Assembly (NCBI RefSeq): GCF_036723115.1
Contig: NZ_DAIMHV010000002.1
Span: forward strand, 1-62,202
Source: Phenylobacterium sp.
GTDB lineage: Bacteria; Pseudomonadota; Alphaproteobacteria; Caulobacterales; Caulobacteraceae
Direction of reading: 5' to 3'
DNA length: 62,202 nt
Position numbers and translations under genes: made by a program. The notes beneath the pieces were generated by a model. It had not been told where the DNA came from and did not search any database. It saw only the letters and a program-made list of their open reading frames with translations. Of this stretch, positions 1-9,356 are shown one piece after another. The stretch's first letter is position 1; each line of letters starts with the position of its first letter.

Positions 1-1
1 G

Positions 2-934
2 CCTGAACCGGCCCCGCCGCCGCCGCCGCCCCTGGCCCTGGCGCCCTCCCTGGTGGAGCAGGCTGCGGCCTACCGCGCCTACATGACCAAGTCGGCCACC
101 ATTTCGCCGGCCTTCGAGAACGGCGCCTCTATCGCCGAATCCCTGCGCACGGGCGTCGCCTATGAGCCCGAGCAGTTCCTGCGCGGCGCCGTGGCCTATG
201 GCGCGGTCGCGGCCCTGCAGAGCCCCGAATTCGTCGGCGCCGTCCGCAAGTTCGCCGCCGATCCCGCCGCCCGCGCCCAGATGAGCGCCAATCTCATCGC
301 CGATCCGGCCTATGCCGCCACCCTGCCCGGCGCCGCCGAGGCCGCGGGCCTGGTGGTGGGCGCCTATGGCGAGGAAGGCCGCCGCCTCTTCAAGCTCGGA
401 ACCGACGTGAAGCAGGCCGCCTACGACATCCAGCGGGCCCGGTGGTCCAAGGCCGACGTCGAGAATCGCCCCCTGCGCCTGTCCCAGGCCAAGGCCCTGT
501 CGGCCACCCCCCTGGTGGGCGACATTTCCGAGACCGCCCGCCTGCAGGAGGCCGCCGTGGGCGCTTCGCCCATGAGCCTCACGGCCAGCCCGGCCCAGGC
601 GCCCTACAGCCGCATGGTGGTCCGCAGCCTGACCGTGGCGGCCCTGGCGGTGCTGGGCGAAGCCGGCGAGGAACGCGCCGACCTGATCAAGGCGGTGATG
701 GTGGAGCCCACCTCCGCCTCCTGTCTGAACATGGCCAAGCTGAACCTGTATCAGTGCCTGGCCGTGTCCAAGCCGCACTATGAAGACGTCTTCTGCCTGG
801 GCCAGCACGCCCTGATGGACACCGGCCAGTGCCTGATGAAGGGGGCCGGCGTCTCGGCCCTCGACGCCAAGGCCGAGCCCGTCCAGGTGGCCACGGCCGC
901 CACCACCCCGGAGAACGCCAGCGCGGCCCGCTGA
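2..934 (+). CDS. Conserved hypothetical exported protein, 5' end outside the window (partial)
   Basis: The frame is open from position 2 (PEPAPPPPPPLALAPSLVEQAAAY...) with typical GC3-rich codon use. It has a Pro-rich linker and four C-terminal Cys (SCLNM, YQCLA, VFCLG, GQCLM). The track's GTG at 53 is probably internal. Confidence 0.75.
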   Translation, partial: PEPAPPPPPPLALAPSLVEQAAAYRAYMTKSATISPAFENGASIAESLRTGVAYEPEQFLRGAVAYGAVAALQSPEFVGAVRKFAADPAARAQMSANLIADPAYAATLPGAAEAAGLVVGAYGEEGRRLFKLGTDVKQAAYDIQRARWSKADVENRPLRLSQAKALSATPLVGDISETARLQEAAVGASPMSLTASPAQAPYSRMVVRSLTVAALAVLGEAGEERADLIKAVMVEPTSASCLNMAKLNLYQCLAVSKPHYEDVFCLGQHALMDTGQCLMKGAGVSALDAKAEPVQVATAATTPENASAAR

Positions 935-975
935 CGCCGGAGCAGAAAAGACTCCAGATTGGCGCGCCGCCGCCG

Positions 976-1004
976 TTGCATGGCGCGCCACTTCTGTGTA
1001 TTTA
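976..1004 (+). promoter_or_regulatory. Putative sigma70 promoter of rplY
   Basis: TTGCAT (976-981), 17 nt spacer, TATTTA (999-1004). GACTC (GANTC) at 950-954. Confidence 0.45.
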
Positions 1005-1083
1005 CGCGCACCTTCCGGTCCCCTAAGGGATCGCGACCCTCGCCGCGCGGGTTCGCGCGGCGGTTTCGTTTTGAGGCATGGCT

Positions 1084-1698
1084 ATGGCCGATATCGTTTT
1101 GAACGTCGAAGTTCGTGAGCAGACCGGTACTGGCGCCGCGCGCAGCGTGCGCCGCAGCGGCAAGGTGCCCGGCGTGCTCTATGGCGGCTCCAAGGAGCCG
1201 GTGGCCATCGCCGTGGCCGCCAACGAGTTCCGCAAGGCGCTCTATACCGGCAAGCTGCTGGGCCACCTGGTGACCCTGAAGTATGGCGACGAGACCCAGC
1301 CGGTCATCGCCAAGGCCGTGGACATGCACCCGGTGACCGACGAGCCGTGGCACTTCGACCTCTACCGGGTCGACGAGCACCAGCAGATCAAGATCGCCGT
1401 GCCGGTGCACTTCACCAACCACGAGGCCTCGCCCGGCCTGAAGCGTGGCGGCACGCTGAATGTCGTGCGTCACGATGTGGAGCTGTCCTGCCCGGCCGAC
1501 GCCATTCCCGAGGAGCTGGTCATGGACCTGACCGGCCTCGAGATCGGCGACACCATCCGCATCTCCAGCTTCAAGCTGCCCAAGGGCGTCCAGCCCACCG
1601 TCGACCGCGACTTCGTGATCGCCACGGTGGCCGGCACCTCGGCCCAGGCCGCGGCTGACGCCGCCGCCGACGAAGGTTCGGAGTCCGCGGGGGCCTAA
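1084..1698 (+). CDS. rplY: 50S ribosomal protein L25/general stress protein Ctc
   Basis: R..TGTGAARSVRRSGKVPGVLYGG, HPVTDEPWHFD, SPGLKRGG. ATG 1084 is better spaced from GAGG than ATG 1078. Followed by pth-ychF. Confidence 0.97.
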   Translation: MADIVLNVEVREQTGTGAARSVRRSGKVPGVLYGGSKEPVAIAVAANEFRKALYTGKLLGHLVTLKYGDETQPVIAKAVDMHPVTDEPWHFDLYRVDEHQQIKIAVPVHFTNHEASPGLKRGGTLNVVRHDVELSCPADAIPEELVMDLTGLEIGDTIRISSFKLPKGVQPTVDRDFVIATVAGTSAQAAADAAADEGSESAGA

Positions 1699-1737
1699 GG
1701 CCTCCGCCTCCGACGACCGCCTGCCTCGGAGGGTCGC

Positions 1738-2352
1738 ATGCTGATCCTCGCCGGCCTCGGCAATCCGGGTCCCCGCTATGCAGGCAACCGGCACAATGTG
1801 GGCTTCATGGCCGTCGACGAAATCGCGCGCCGCTGGGGGTTCGGCCCCGAGCGGTCGCGGTTCCAGGCCCTGGCCTGCGAGGGGACCATCGAGTCGCCCC
1901 AAGGGCCCGTCCGGACGCTCATCCTCAAGCCTCAGACCTATTACAACGAAAGCGGCCGCGCCGTGGGCGAGGCGCTGAAATTCTTCAAGCTGACGCCGGC
2001 CGATCTGGTGGTCTTCTATGACGAGATCGACCTGGCGCCGGGCCGTTTCCGGATGAAGACCGGCGGCGGGGCCGCGGGAAACAATGGCGTGCGCTCGATC
2101 ACGGCCCAGGTGGGCGCCGACTTCCGGCGCGCCCGCATCGGCACCGGCCATCCCGGGCACAAGGAGCTGGTCCAGGGTCACGTCCTGTCGGATTTCCACA
2201 AGGCCGAGCAGGTCTGGCTGGCCGATCTGCTGCGGGCCTGCGCCGACGCCGCCCCCCTGCTGGTGGCCGGCGAGGACGAGAAATACCAGGCCGAGGTGAT
2301 GCGCCTGGCGCCGGCCGAGAAGGCCGACCCCCGTCAGCTGCGCGGCGGCTGA
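1738..2352 (+). CDS. pth: Peptidyl-tRNA hydrolase
   Basis: GLGNPG..YAGNRHNVGF, LKPQTYYNESG, YDEIDL, GGGAAGNNG. Confidence 0.97.
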   Translation: MLILAGLGNPGPRYAGNRHNVGFMAVDEIARRWGFGPERSRFQALACEGTIESPQGPVRTLILKPQTYYNESGRAVGEALKFFKLTPADLVVFYDEIDLAPGRFRMKTGGGAAGNNGVRSITAQVGADFRRARIGTGHPGHKELVQGHVLSDFHKAEQVWLADLLRACADAAPLLVAGEDEKYQAEVMRLAPAEKADPRQLRGG

Positions 2353-2409
2353 GGACAACCCAAGCGACGTCGTTTAAGAGAGCGCGCGAAACCCCGGTTC
2401 GAGGACTCC

Positions 2410-3507
2410 ATGGCCCTGAAAGTCGCCATCGTCGGCCTGCCCAATGTCGGCAAGTCCACCCTGTTCAACGCGCTCACCCAGACGGCGGCGGCCCAGGCGG
2501 CCAACTACCCCTTCTGCACCATCGAGCCCAATGTCGGCGACGTGGCCGTCCCCGAACCGCGCCTGGAGGCCCTGGCGAAGATTGTCGGCTCCAAGGAGAT
2601 CATCCCCTCGCGCATGAACTTCGTCGACGTGGCGGGCCTGGTCCGCGGGGCGTCAAAGGGCGAAGGCCTGGGCAACCAGTTCCTGGCCAATATCCGCGAC
2701 TGCGACGCCGTGGCCTTCGTCGCCCGGTGCTTCGAGAACGACGACATCACCCATGTGGAAGGCCGGATCGATCCCATCGCCGATCTCGACATCATCGAGA
2801 CCGAGCTGATGCTGGCCGACCTGGAGAGCCTCGAAAAGCGGGTGGTCAACCTCGAGAAGCGCGCCAAGGTGGGCGACAAGGAGAGCGCGGCCACCCTGAA
2901 GCTGGTCAAGCTGGCCCTGGAGCAGCTCAATGAGGGCCGCCCCGCCCGCGCCGCCCAGGTCAGCGCCGAGGACGAGAAGGGCTGGCGCATGCTCCAGCTG
3001 CTGACCGCCAAGCCCGCCCTCTATGTGTGCAATGTGGATGAGGCCTCTGCGGCCACCGGCAACGACCTTTCGGAAAAGGTCGCCGAAAAGGCCCGTCGCG
3101 ACGGCGCCGAGACGGTGGTCATCTCCGCCCAGATCGAGGCGGAGATCGCCCTGCTGGACGCCGAGGAGCGGACCGAGTTCCTGGAGACCCTGGGCCTGGA
3201 CGAACCGGGCCTCAACCGCCTTATCCGCGAAGCCTACAAGCTTCTGGGCCTGCAGAGCTATTTCACCGCCGGTCCCAAGGAGGCCCGCGCCTGGACCATT
3301 CCCGTGGGCGCCACGGCGCCGCAGGCCGCGGGCGTGATCCACACCGACTTCGAGAAGGGCTTCATCCGAGCCGAGACCATCGCCTTCGACGACTATGTGA
3401 GGTTCAACGGCGAGGCCGGCGCGCGGGAGGCCGGAAAGCTGCGCCAGGAAGGCAAGGACTATGTGGTCCACGACGGCGACGTGATGAACTTCCGCTTCAA
3501 CGTCTGA
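2410..3507 (+). CDS. ychF: Redox-regulated ATPase YchF
   Basis: GLPNVGKST, ANYPFCTIEPN, DVAGLVRGASKGEGLGNQFL, IHTDFEKGFIRAE, C-terminal FRFNV. Confidence 0.98.
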   Translation: MALKVAIVGLPNVGKSTLFNALTQTAAAQAANYPFCTIEPNVGDVAVPEPRLEALAKIVGSKEIIPSRMNFVDVAGLVRGASKGEGLGNQFLANIRDCDAVAFVARCFENDDITHVEGRIDPIADLDIIETELMLADLESLEKRVVNLEKRAKVGDKESAATLKLVKLALEQLNEGRPARAAQVSAEDEKGWRMLQLLTAKPALYVCNVDEASAATGNDLSEKVAEKARRDGAETVVISAQIEAEIALLDAEERTEFLETLGLDEPGLNRLIREAYKLLGLQSYFTAGPKEARAWTIPVGATAPQAAGVIHTDFEKGFIRAETIAFDDYVRFNGEAGAREAGKLRQEGKDYVVHDGDVMNFRFNV

Positions 3508-3584
3508 GGCGGACCTCCGCCGCACGATCCAATTCCGTCTGCCCCGTTCGTGCTCTAGGCTTGCGAGCCAAAGGGAGACGACGC

Positions 3585-4256
3585 ATGGGCGACACCATCA
3601 CTCTGACCAGCGGCCACGACGGCTTTTCGCTGTCGGCCTATCACGAGGCCCCCTTCACCCCGCGCAAGGGCGGGGTGATCGTGCTGCAGGAGATCTTCGG
3701 CATCGACAAATATGTCCGGGCCGATGTGGAGCGCTGGGCCAAGGCCGGCTACGAGGCGGTGGCCCCGGCCATGTTCGATCGTCGCGAGCGCGGCTTTTCC
3801 GTGGCCCATGACCAGGACGGGATCGCCGCCGGCATCGCCCATGCCCGCGCCACGCCCCTGGAGCAGGCCATGGCCGATATCGCCGCGGCCCGGGACTTCC
3901 TGAAGCCCCGCGGCAAGGTGTTCGTGGTGGGCTACTGCTATGGCGGATCCCTGGCCTGGCTCGCCGCCTCCAAGGTGGAGGGCATCGCCGCAGCCTCCAG
4001 CTATTATGGCAGCATGGTGCAGGCCAACGCCCACATCCCGCTGAACTGCCCGACCATCGTCCATCTGGGCCACACCGACCCCGGCATCCCCGCCGACGAG
4101 GTGGAGAAGGCGGTGAAGGCCGCCCATCCCGACGTGCCCGTCTATATCTATGAGGGCGCCGGCCACGGCTTCAACAATGAGAGCCCTGAGCGCTATCACG
4201 AGGAGGCCGCAGACCTGGCTCGCAAGCGCACCCGCGAACTGTTCGAGGGCGCATGA
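3585..4256 (+). CDS. Dienelactone hydrolase family protein (copy 1)
   Basis: QEIFG, GYCYGG nucleophile motif, AGHGF. RBS AGGGAG precedes ATG 3585. Confidence 0.92.
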   Translation: MGDTITLTSGHDGFSLSAYHEAPFTPRKGGVIVLQEIFGIDKYVRADVERWAKAGYEAVAPAMFDRRERGFSVAHDQDGIAAGIAHARATPLEQAMADIAAARDFLKPRGKVFVVGYCYGGSLAWLAASKVEGIAAASSYYGSMVQANAHIPLNCPTIVHLGHTDPGIPADEVEKAVKAAHPDVPVYIYEGAGHGFNNESPERYHEEAADLARKRTRELFEGA

Positions 4257-4945
4257 GCCGTCGCGGAAAGACCATCGCCCTGACCAGCAAGGCCGATGGG
4301 TTCGAGTTTCAGGCCTACCATGTCCGTCCGGACGACGCCCGGCGGGGCGGCCTGGTGCTGATCCAGGAGATCTTCGGGGTCACCGACCACATTCAGGAAC
4401 TGGCCGACGGCTTCGCCGAGGACGGCTATGAGGTGATCGCGCCGGCCTTCTATGACCGCCAGCAGCCGGGCTTCCAGGCCAGCTACGAGCCGGCCGACAT
4501 GCAGCGGGCGGTGGCCCTGTCCCAGGCCGCCCCCTGGGACCTGGTGGCCGCCGACGCCCAGGCGGCCATCGACGCCCTGGGGGGTCCCGTCTTCGTGGCC
4601 GGCTATTGCTGGGGCGGGGCCGCGGCATGGCTGACGGCGGCGCGGTGCGAGGGCGTGGCGGCAGCCTCCTGCTTTTATGGCCGCCGCATCAGCGAACTGC
4701 TGGACGAGACCCCGCGCTGTCCCACCATCCTGCACTTTGGCAAGACCGACGCCTCCATCCCCCTGGAGCGGGTCGAGGAGATCCGCACCCGCCATCCCGA
4801 CCTGCCGATCTATCTCTATGACGCGGGCCACGGCTTCTTCTCCGACCGGCGCAAGGACTATGTCCCCGACGCCGCCCGCCTGGCCCGCCTGCGCACCCTA
4901 CAGATCTTCGCCCGCAACGGCGGCGGACGCGGCGAAGGCGCCTGA
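4253..4945 (+). CDS. Dienelactone hydrolase family protein (copy 2)
   Basis: QEIFG, GYCWGG, AGHGF. ATGA overlap with copy 1. Confidence 0.92.
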   Translation: MSRRGKTIALTSKADGFEFQAYHVRPDDARRGGLVLIQEIFGVTDHIQELADGFAEDGYEVIAPAFYDRQQPGFQASYEPADMQRAVALSQAAPWDLVAADAQAAIDALGGPVFVAGYCWGGAAAWLTAARCEGVAAASCFYGRRISELLDETPRCPTILHFGKTDASIPLERVEEIRTRHPDLPIYLYDAGHGFFSDRRKDYVPDAARLARLRTLQIFARNGGGRGEGA

Positions 4946-4951
4946 GGCGGC

Positions 4952-4978
4952 TGTCGGAAACCCAGCCTGCGGATCGTC
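4952..4978 (+). promoter_or_regulatory. Putative ECF42-type promoter upstream of the VOC gene
   Basis: TGTCGG (4952-4957), 17 nt, CGTC (4975-4978). Same layout as the motif upstream of the YciI/ECF42 pair. Confidence 0.5.
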
Positions 4979-5020
4979 CTGGGAAAAGGCGATCGGCCCA
5001 CGATCAGGGGAGCAGGTTCA

Positions 5021-5491
5021 ATGGACGTCATTCAGCATCTCTGGTTTGAGCGCGACATGGACGAGGCTGTGAGCCTCTACACCTCGCTCATCCCGAACTC
5101 GGAGATCACGGGGGGAGCGGCCGTCATGGCTGAGAGCCCTGGCGGGCCGGCGGGCAGCGTCCGCACCCTCAGCTTCACCCTGGGCGGGCAAGCCTATCGC
5201 GCCCTGCAGGCGGGTCCCCTGGACCCCTTCAACCACGCCTTCTCGATCATGGTCCAGTGCGACACCCAGGCGGAGATCGATCGTCTGTGGGACGCGCTGA
5301 GCGAGGGCGGCGTCGTCGAACAGTGCGGGTGGTTGCGCGACCGGTGGGGTCTGTCCTGGCAGATCGTCCCGCGCCGGCTGGGGGAGCTCATGAGCGACCC
5401 CGATCCCCAGGTGGTTCGTCGTGTGACCGAGCAGATGATGCAGATGGTCAAGCTGGATATCGCGCCCCTGGAGGCTGCGGCTAGAGCCTGA
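5021..5491 (+). CDS. VOC family protein (PhnB/3-demethylubiquinone-methyltransferase-like)
   Basis: HLWF, FNHAFSIMVQCDTQAEIDRLWDAL, CGWLRDRWGLSWQIVP. The stop codon lies inside the repeat at 5481. Confidence 0.9.
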   Translation: MDVIQHLWFERDMDEAVSLYTSLIPNSEITGGAAVMAESPGGPAGSVRTLSFTLGGQAYRALQAGPLDPFNHAFSIMVQCDTQAEIDRLWDALSEGGVVEQCGWLRDRWGLSWQIVPRRLGELMSDPDPQVVRRVTEQMMQMVKLDIAPLEAAARA

Positions 5492-5593
5492 TGCGATCAG
5501 ACGGAACCGCCTGATCGTTGAATCAGGCTCTAAACTCAAAGACTTGAGCGCGTTTCGATCCGATAACCGGGTCCCACTTATCGGAACGCGCTC
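5481..5593 (-). repeat. CIR/MITE-like double-hairpin intergenic repeat, copy A (near complete)
   Basis: Reverse complement aligns without gaps to 21335-21447 with about 9 mismatches. Hairpins TAGAGCCTGAT...ATCAGGCTCTA (5482-5532) and GAGCGCGTT...AACGCGCTC (5546-5593). GAATC at 5520-5524. Confidence 0.9.
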
Positions 5594-5668
5594 GCGGGGC
5601 GGCTAGATAGACGGTGTCGATCGGTTGTCCATCCGGCCCCGACCGGAAGGGCTGCTGCTGCGGCCCAT

Positions 5669-6196
5669 CTAGTGGCCTTGGAAGGCCACCAGGGTCGAGA
5701 CAGGCACGCCGGCGTCCCGCAGGCGCTGGGCGCCGCCCAGGTCCGGCAAGTCCACCACGAAAACCGCCGCCGCCACCTCGGCCCGGCCCTGGCGCAGCAG
5801 GTCCAGGGCCGCCAGGGCGGTGCCGCCAGTGGCGATCAGATCGTCCACGAGCATCACCCGCTCCCCGGGGCGCACGGCGTCCAGGTGGACTTCGAGCGCG
5901 TCGGAGCCATATTCCAGGGCGTACGCCACCGAGCGCGTGCGATGGGGCAGCTTCCCCTTCTTGCGCAACGGCACGAAGCCCGCCGAGAGCTGGTGGGCCA
6001 CCGCCCCGCCGAGGATGAAGCCGCGGGCTTCGACGCCGGCCACCTTGTCGATCTTCAGACCCGCGAAAGGCTGGACCAGTTCGTCCACAGCGCGCCGGAA
6101 GGCGCGGGCGTCGGCCAGCAGGGTGGTGATGTCGCGGAACTGGATCCCCGGCTTGGGATAGTCCGGGATCGTACGGATCGCCTCGCGCAGGTCCAT
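5669..6196 (-). CDS. apt: Adenine phosphoribosyltransferase
   Basis: [27 protein letters not shown] motif [11 protein letters not shown]. Confidence 0.97.
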   Translation of the reverse strand: MDLREAIRTIPDYPKPGIQFRDITTLLADARAFRRAVDELVQPFAGLKIDKVAGVEARGFILGGAVAHQLSAGFVPLRKKGKLPHRTRSVAYALEYGSDALEVHLDAVRPGERVMLVDDLIATGGTALAALDLLRQGRAEVAAAVFVVDLPDLGGAQRLRDAGVPVSTLVAFQGH

Positions 6197-6277
6197 GGCC
6201 CCTCCCCTTGGTCGAGCGCCTCTGTTATGGCCGATGGCGTGCGGTTCTGGCTATGGCCGCCAGGACAACCGCCCGCG

Positions 6278-7069
6278 ATGATGATCCGCGCCGCCACCTT
6301 CGCCTCCGCGCTCGCCGCCGCCGGGCCCGCCCTTGCCGGCGAGATCGCCTGCTGGCGCGACCAGGGGGTGCTGGTGGCCGCCGCCAGCGTAGCCGAGGTG
6401 GCCGGCGACTTTATTATCGACACCGGCGCGCCAGTCTCCCAGCTCCATAACACCCGCGCCCAGAGCGCGGGGCTCGAGGGCGAACAGGTGCAGGGCGCCG
6501 TGCGTCTGGCCGGGCTGCAGGCGCCCCAGGTCCCGCTGGCGGTGGTGGACCTGGACGCCCGGACCCGAGCCTTCCCGACCCCCATCGCCGGGGTGATCGG
6601 CGCCGATGTGCTGCGGGATTTTGTGCTGGAGGTGAGCTCAGGCGACTGCCGTCTGAGCCTCTCGCCCGGCGGAAGGCGCGCGCCCTCCTCCGGCGCAGTC
6701 TCCCTTCCGCTGGTCTGGCGCGATGGCGCGCCTGTGATCCCTGCGGCGGTCAGCGACGGGCCGCGGGGGCGGACGGTGAGCCTGACCCCGGCTACAGGGC
6801 TCGACGCCCCACTGCGGCTGGCCGCGCGGCTGGCGGCGGTTCCCGGGGGCGAGGCGGCGACCCTGGCCCCCTATGGCGGCGGCCGGGCCGAGCTGCGGGC
6901 CCTGTCCCTGGGCGGCGAGATCTTCGAGGGTCTTCCGGCGGGCCTGGCCGACGAGACCGCCGCCACCGACGGCGCCGTCGGGCTTTCGGTCCTGGGACGC
7001 TGGCGCTTGAGGTTCGACTTCCCTGCGGGCCGCCTGGACTTGATCGCGCCCTCGAGCCCGTTCCGATAA
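6278..7069 (+). CDS. Secreted retropepsin-like aspartyl protease family protein (two lobes)
   Basis: Signal peptide (MMIRAATFASALAAAGPALA), FIIDTG motif, GVIGADVL. The second lobe ends DGAVGLSVLGRWRLRFDF. The stop codon lies within repeat copy B. Confidence 0.7.
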   Translation: MMIRAATFASALAAAGPALAGEIACWRDQGVLVAAASVAEVAGDFIIDTGAPVSQLHNTRAQSAGLEGEQVQGAVRLAGLQAPQVPLAVVDLDARTRAFPTPIAGVIGADVLRDFVLEVSSGDCRLSLSPGGRRAPSSGAVSLPLVWRDGAPVIPAAVSDGPRGRTVSLTPATGLDAPLRLAARLAAVPGGEAATLAPYGGGRAELRALSLGGEIFEGLPAGLADETAATDGAVGLSVLGRWRLRFDFPAGRLDLIAPSSPFR

Positions 7070-7122
7070 GTGGGAACCGGTTATCGGTTCGAAACGCGCT
7101 CAAGTCTCTGAATCAGGCTCTA
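7054..7122 (+). repeat. CIR/MITE-like repeat, copy B (internally deleted)
   Basis: GAGCCCGTTCCGATAAGTGGGAACCGGTTATCGGTTCGAAACGCGCTCAAGTCTCTGAAT joined directly to CAGGCTCTA, so most of the second hairpin is missing. Confidence 0.85.
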
Positions 7123-7124
7123 AG

Positions 7125-7158
7125 AAAAGGGCCCGCCGGATCGCTCCGACGGGCCCTT
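7125..7158 (-). terminator. Intrinsic terminator of petABC
   Basis: Stem AAGGGCCCGCCGGA/TCCGACGGGCCCTT with A-run at 7125-7128 (U-tract on the minus strand), just past the petC stop. Confidence 0.75.
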
Positions 7159-7182
7159 CAACCTTGGTCTTTAACCTCGCGC

Positions 7183-8025
7183 CTAGTGGGCGACGTTCCG
7201 CCAGATTCGGCGGTAGCTCGCATAGAGCAGGCCGGCGAAGATCACCAGATAGATCATGGCGCCGAAGCCGAAGGCCTTGCGCTCCTCCATCTTGGGCTCG
7301 GCGGCCCAGGCCAGGAAGGCCGCGACGTCCTTGGCCTGCTGGTCGATGGTCGACGGCGTGCCGTCGTCGAAGCTCACCTTGTCCGGCGCCAGCTGCGGGG
7401 GCATGGCGATGAAGCCGCCTTTCGGCGCATGGCCTTCGCCGGTCCAATAGGCGTGCAGATCGCCGTGCATATAGGGGTTGTAGTACTGACCCGGCGAGAC
7501 TTGCAGGCCCGCCGGCGGGTCCACATAGCCCGACAGCAGCGAGTAGATGTACTCCGCACCATAGTGGCGGGCCTTGACGATCACCGACAGATCCGGCGGC
7601 AGGGCGCCGCCATTGCCGGCCCGCGCCGCCGCCTCATTGGGGTACGGGTCGGGGAAGCGGTCGGCCGAGGTGCCGGGACGCTGAACGATGTCGCCGGTTT
7701 CGGAGTCCACATCGTTGATCTGGTATTCCGCCGCGATCGCCCGGACATACGGGTTGTCGTTGGGGTTGGTATAGGCCGGGTCATAGAACGGCCCGCCCTT
7801 CTGACCCAGGTTGCGGAACGACAGCAGGTGCATGCCGTGACAGGCGGCGCAGACCTCGCGATAGACCTTGTAGCCGCGCTGCAGCTGGGCCTGATCGAAT
7901 TTCCCGAACGGGCCTTCAAAGCTGAAGTCCACATTGCGGGGGTGCTTGGCGTTGCCGGCGGCGAGCGCCGGACCCGCCACCAAGGCCAGGCCGAGGGCGG
8001 CCAGGGCGATACTTTTACGCAGCAT
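7183..8025 (-). CDS. petC: Cytochrome c1
   Basis: Signal peptide, QRGYKVYREVCAACH heme motif, PPDLS, IAMPP, C-terminal TM helix. Confidence 0.97.
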   Translation of the reverse strand: MLRKSIALAALGLALVAGPALAAGNAKHPRNVDFSFEGPFGKFDQAQLQRGYKVYREVCAACHGMHLLSFRNLGQKGGPFYDPAYTNPNDNPYVRAIAAEYQINDVDSETGDIVQRPGTSADRFPDPYPNEAAARAGNGGALPPDLSVIVKARHYGAEYIYSLLSGYVDPPAGLQVSPGQYYNPYMHGDLHAYWTGEGHAPKGGFIAMPPQLAPDKVSFDDGTPSTIDQQAKDVAAFLAWAAEPKMEERKAFGFGAMIYLVIFAGLLYASYRRIWRNVAH

Positions 8026-8031
8026 CTGGGC

Positions 8032-9351
8032 TCAACCCTTCTTCTCAGGCGCGGCGACCGCCCCGGCCGGCGTGGCCGCGGGATGCGACAGGACAGGCGT
8101 GGAGATCGAGGCCGGCTGCGGGAGCGGCTTCTCGGTCAGGCCGAGGATCGGCAGGACCACCACGAAGTAGGCGAAGTAGTACAGGGTCGCGAAGCGCGAG
8201 AGCCACACGAACGTGTTCAGGTCGGCGTCGAAGAGGACGAAGGTCGACAGGCCCGGGATCACCGGCGCGTCGGGCAGCTTCGCGCCGCAGTAGCCCAGCA
8301 CCAGGCAGGCCAGGACGAAGATCAGGAAGTAGAGCTTCGCGGTCGGCCGGTAGCGCATGGAGCGCACCTTGGAGGTGTCGAGCCAGGGCAGAATGAACAG
8401 CACCGCGATTGCGCCGAACATCAGGATCACGCCGCCCAGCTTGTCAGGCACCGCCCGCAGGATCGCGTAGAAGGGCAGGAAGTACCATTCCGGAACGATC
8501 TCGGCCGGGGTCACCAGGGGATTGCCGGGAATGTAGTTGTCCGCGTGGCCCAGGGCGTTCGGATTGAAGAACACGAAGGTGGCGAACAGGATCAGGAAGA
8601 CCGCGATCGCGAACCCGTCCTTCACCGTATAGTACGGGTGGAAGGGCACGGTGTCGGCCTTGGACTGGACGTTCACGCCGGCCGGGTTGTTGTTCCCCGG
8701 AACGTGCAGGGCCCAGATGTGAAGGCCCACCACGCCGGCGATCATGAACGGCAGCAGGAAGTGCAGCGAGAAGAAGCGGTTCAGCGTCGGATTGTCGACC
8801 GCGAAGCCGCCCCACAGCCAGGTGGTGATCGACTCGCCCACGATCGGCAGGGCGCCGAACAGGTTGGTGATCACGACGGCGCCGTGGAAGCTCATCTGAC
8901 CCCAGGGCAGGACGTAGCCCATGAAGGCGGTGGCCATCATCAGCAGGTAGATCACGCAGCCGATGATCCACAGCACTTCACGCGGGGCCTTGTAGGAGCC
9001 GTAGTAGAGGTTGCGGAGGATGTGGATGTAGACCGCGATGAAGAACATCGAGGCCCCGTTGGAGTGCATGTAGCGGACCAGCCAGCCGTAGTTCACGTCG
9101 CGCATGATGCGCTCGACCGAGGCGAAGGCGTGGTCCACGTGCGGCACATAGTGCATGGCCAGCACGATGCCGGTGACGATCTGGATCCCCAGGCACACAG
9201 CCAGGATGCCCCCGAAGGTCCACCAGTAGTTCAGGTTCTTGGGCGTCGGGAAATCGACGATGCTGTCCCAGCCCAGCCGGACGATCGGCAGGCGGGTGTC
9301 GAGCCAGCGCTCAAAGCCCGTCTTGGGCTCGTAAGTGGAATGTCCGCTCAT
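8032..9351 (-). CDS. petB: Cytochrome b
   Basis: [40 protein letters not shown]. Confidence 0.98.
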   Translation of the reverse strand: MSGHSTYEPKTGFERWLDTRLPIVRLGWDSIVDFPTPKNLNYWWTFGGILAVCLGIQIVTGIVLAMHYVPHVDHAFASVERIMRDVNYGWLVRYMHSNGASMFFIAVYIHILRNLYYGSYKAPREVLWIIGCVIYLLMMATAFMGYVLPWGQMSFHGAVVITNLFGALPIVGESITTWLWGGFAVDNPTLNRFFSLHFLLPFMIAGVVGLHIWALHVPGNNNPAGVNVQSKADTVPFHPYYTVKDGFAIAVFLILFATFVFFNPNALGHADNYIPGNPLVTPAEIVPEWYFLPFYAILRAVPDKLGGVILMFGAIAVLFILPWLDTSKVRSMRYRPTAKLYFLIFVLACLVLGYCGAKLPDAPVIPGLSTFVLFDADLNTFVWLSRFATLYYFAYFVVVLPILGLTEKPLPQPASISTPVLSHPAATPAGAVAAPEKKG

Positions 9352-9356
9352 CTTCC

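Noticed and set aside
5615..5643. TGTCGA...CGAC as another ECF42 promoter
   Set aside because: The spacer is 19 nt rather than 17, and it points into the 3' end of apt with no downstream gene.
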